Assembly (NCBI GenBank): GCA_964558965.1
Contig: CAZLGZ010000002.1
Span: forward strand, 1-42,235
Length of the DNA: 42,235 nucleotides
Direction: 5' to 3'
DNA from: an uncultured Flavobacteriaceae bacterium
GTDB lineage: Bacteria > Bacteroidota > Bacteroidia > Flavobacteriales > Flavobacteriaceae
Shown: piece after piece, positions 41,205-42,235 of the stretch
Layout of the letters: every line of letters begins with the position of its first letter
How positions within the stretch are numbered: the first letter of the stretch is position 1
Notes under the pieces: model-generated
Databases searched by the model: none
What the model was told of the DNA's origin: nothing
What the model saw: only the letters and a program-made list of their open reading frames with translations
Program-made: the position numbers and the translations under genes

Positions 41205-41238
41205 AAAACACATTTCCTCCTTGAATTTTAACATTTCT

Positions 41239-41289
41239 GTTAAGGATTGGTTAAACGCCAAAGCTCTAAATGTTAAATGTCTAATTTTA
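41239..41289 (+). promoter_or_regulatory. Putative autoregulated sensor kinase promoter
   Basis: GTTAAG-N5-GTTAAA-N26-TAATTTTA, 5 nt before ATG 41295. Extra TTAA cores at 41228 and 41273. Confidence 0.5.
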
Positions 41290-41294
41290 CTTTA

Positions 41295-42235
41295 ATGAAC
41301 AAGAAATTGTTTGTTCTTCTTGTGGTTTTAATGAGCCTCTCCTTAGTAGGCATCATTTTTGTGCAGGGGTACTGGATCAGAACTTCGGTGCAGAACAACG
41401 AAGAACAGTTTTCCAATGTAGTGGCAGAAGTGCTCAACAATGTTGTTGAGAAAGTGGAGCAGAGGGAGTTGCAGGACTACTACAGTCAGGTATCTGAACT
41501 GGTAGATAGTGTGCGTCCTGAATCTCAGGAGTTCCAGAGCATTTTCTTCATTGATCGCGATATCAGCTCCAATGAAATCATGTTCTATTCGCACGGCATT
41601 TTGGAAGAAAAATACGAAGTCAATTCTACGCTCTTTGAAAACGGTGAAATTACGGATGGATCTGACCCGCAAGCGGTAGATCAATCGATCAGCACCTACA
41701 CCAGTAAACGGACCAAAGCAATTTTCCGCGAGGATTATGGCCTGGATGGCAAGCCCTCCCAATTATTGCCTATTCAGCGTTGGGAGAAAATCGGAAACCT
41801 GTCTCAAGGCGAACGCCTGATGATGAACGACGTTTTTCTGCAATACGCCAAGGCGAAGCCCATTCACGAGCGGGTGCAAACCCAGGAGTTGGATTTATTG
41901 ATCAGCAATGAATTGCAGCGCCTCGGTCTTGATTTGGATTACGAATACGGGATTGTGAGTGACGGCTACCCGACGCGCATTAAGTCTCAGTACTTCAAGT
42001 ACAACCAAAATGCAGATTACAAGGCCCCCATTTTTAGGGATATTGATTCAAACACAGCCTTTGCGCTGATGCTGAACTTTCCCAAGAAAAGAGGTTTTCT
42101 GCTTAGCAGCATTATGGGTATGGCCATCTTGTCTCTTGCCTTTACACTAGTCATTGTGTTGGCTTTTGTCAGTGCGATTTATCAGCTGATTCGGCAGAAA
42201 CAGATTTCAGAAATCAAATCGGATTTCATCAACAA
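41295..42235 (+). CDS. Two-component sensor histidine kinase (RprX-like), truncated by the window end
   Basis: Not in the ORF track. Starts MNKKLFVLLVVLMSLSLVGIIFVQGYW (TM1), with a periplasmic domain and TM2, then YQLIRQKQISEIKSDFIN leading into the H-box. Start and end are in the same frame. Confidence 0.88.
   Translation, partial: MNKKLFVLLVVLMSLSLVGIIFVQGYWIRTSVQNNEEQFSNVVAEVLNNVVEKVEQRELQDYYSQVSELVDSVRPESQEFQSIFFIDRDISSNEIMFYSHGILEEKYEVNSTLFENGEITDGSDPQAVDQSISTYTSKRTKAIFREDYGLDGKPSQLLPIQRWEKIGNLSQGERLMMNDVFLQYAKAKPIHERVQTQELDLLISNELQRLGLDLDYEYGIVSDGYPTRIKSQYFKYNQNADYKAPIFRDIDSNTAFALMLNFPKKRGFLLSSIMGMAILSLAFTLVIVLAFVSAIYQLIRQKQISEIKSDFIN

Noticed and set aside
41343-41762. 139-aa minus-strand ORF
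   Set aside because: It is the antisense shadow of the sensor kinase.

Overview
This is a gene-dense core-chromosome segment of a Bacteroidota, most likely Flavobacteriaceae, bacterium. That call rests on TAnnTTTG promoters, no obvious Shine-Dalgarno sites, and family-typical gene orders. It encodes about 44 proteins, mostly housekeeping: M42 peptidase, monomeric icd, rplS, trmD, long-form gap, htrA, dapF, mltG, dnaA, ribD, prmC, ligA, dapA-bamD-rpoZ-coaBC, recN, fabI, coaE and the start of a sensor kinase. I saw no rRNA, tRNA, CRISPR array or mobile element. Five signals stand out. (1) The icd-rplS gap holds an unannotated ~220-nt multi-hairpin RNA with its own promoter(s) and terminator, directly downstream of a DnaA-box cluster. 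(2) An accessory two-gene cassette after ligA pairs a lipoprotein carrying an L,D-transpeptidase/Tlde1-like His-Cys motif with a coupled secreted Cys-containing orphan, resembling an effector-immunity pair. (3) One promoter architecture (TTAA-core hexamers 11 bp apart, 26-27 nt upstream of a weak -7 box) recurs in front of the sensor kinase, htrA and the TonB-receptor operon, suggesting a Cpx-like regulon. (4) Several mRNAs look leaderless. (5) The TonB receptor has a structured 5' UTR and is followed by a duplicated lipoprotein. All family names come from motif recognition by eye; no searches were run.
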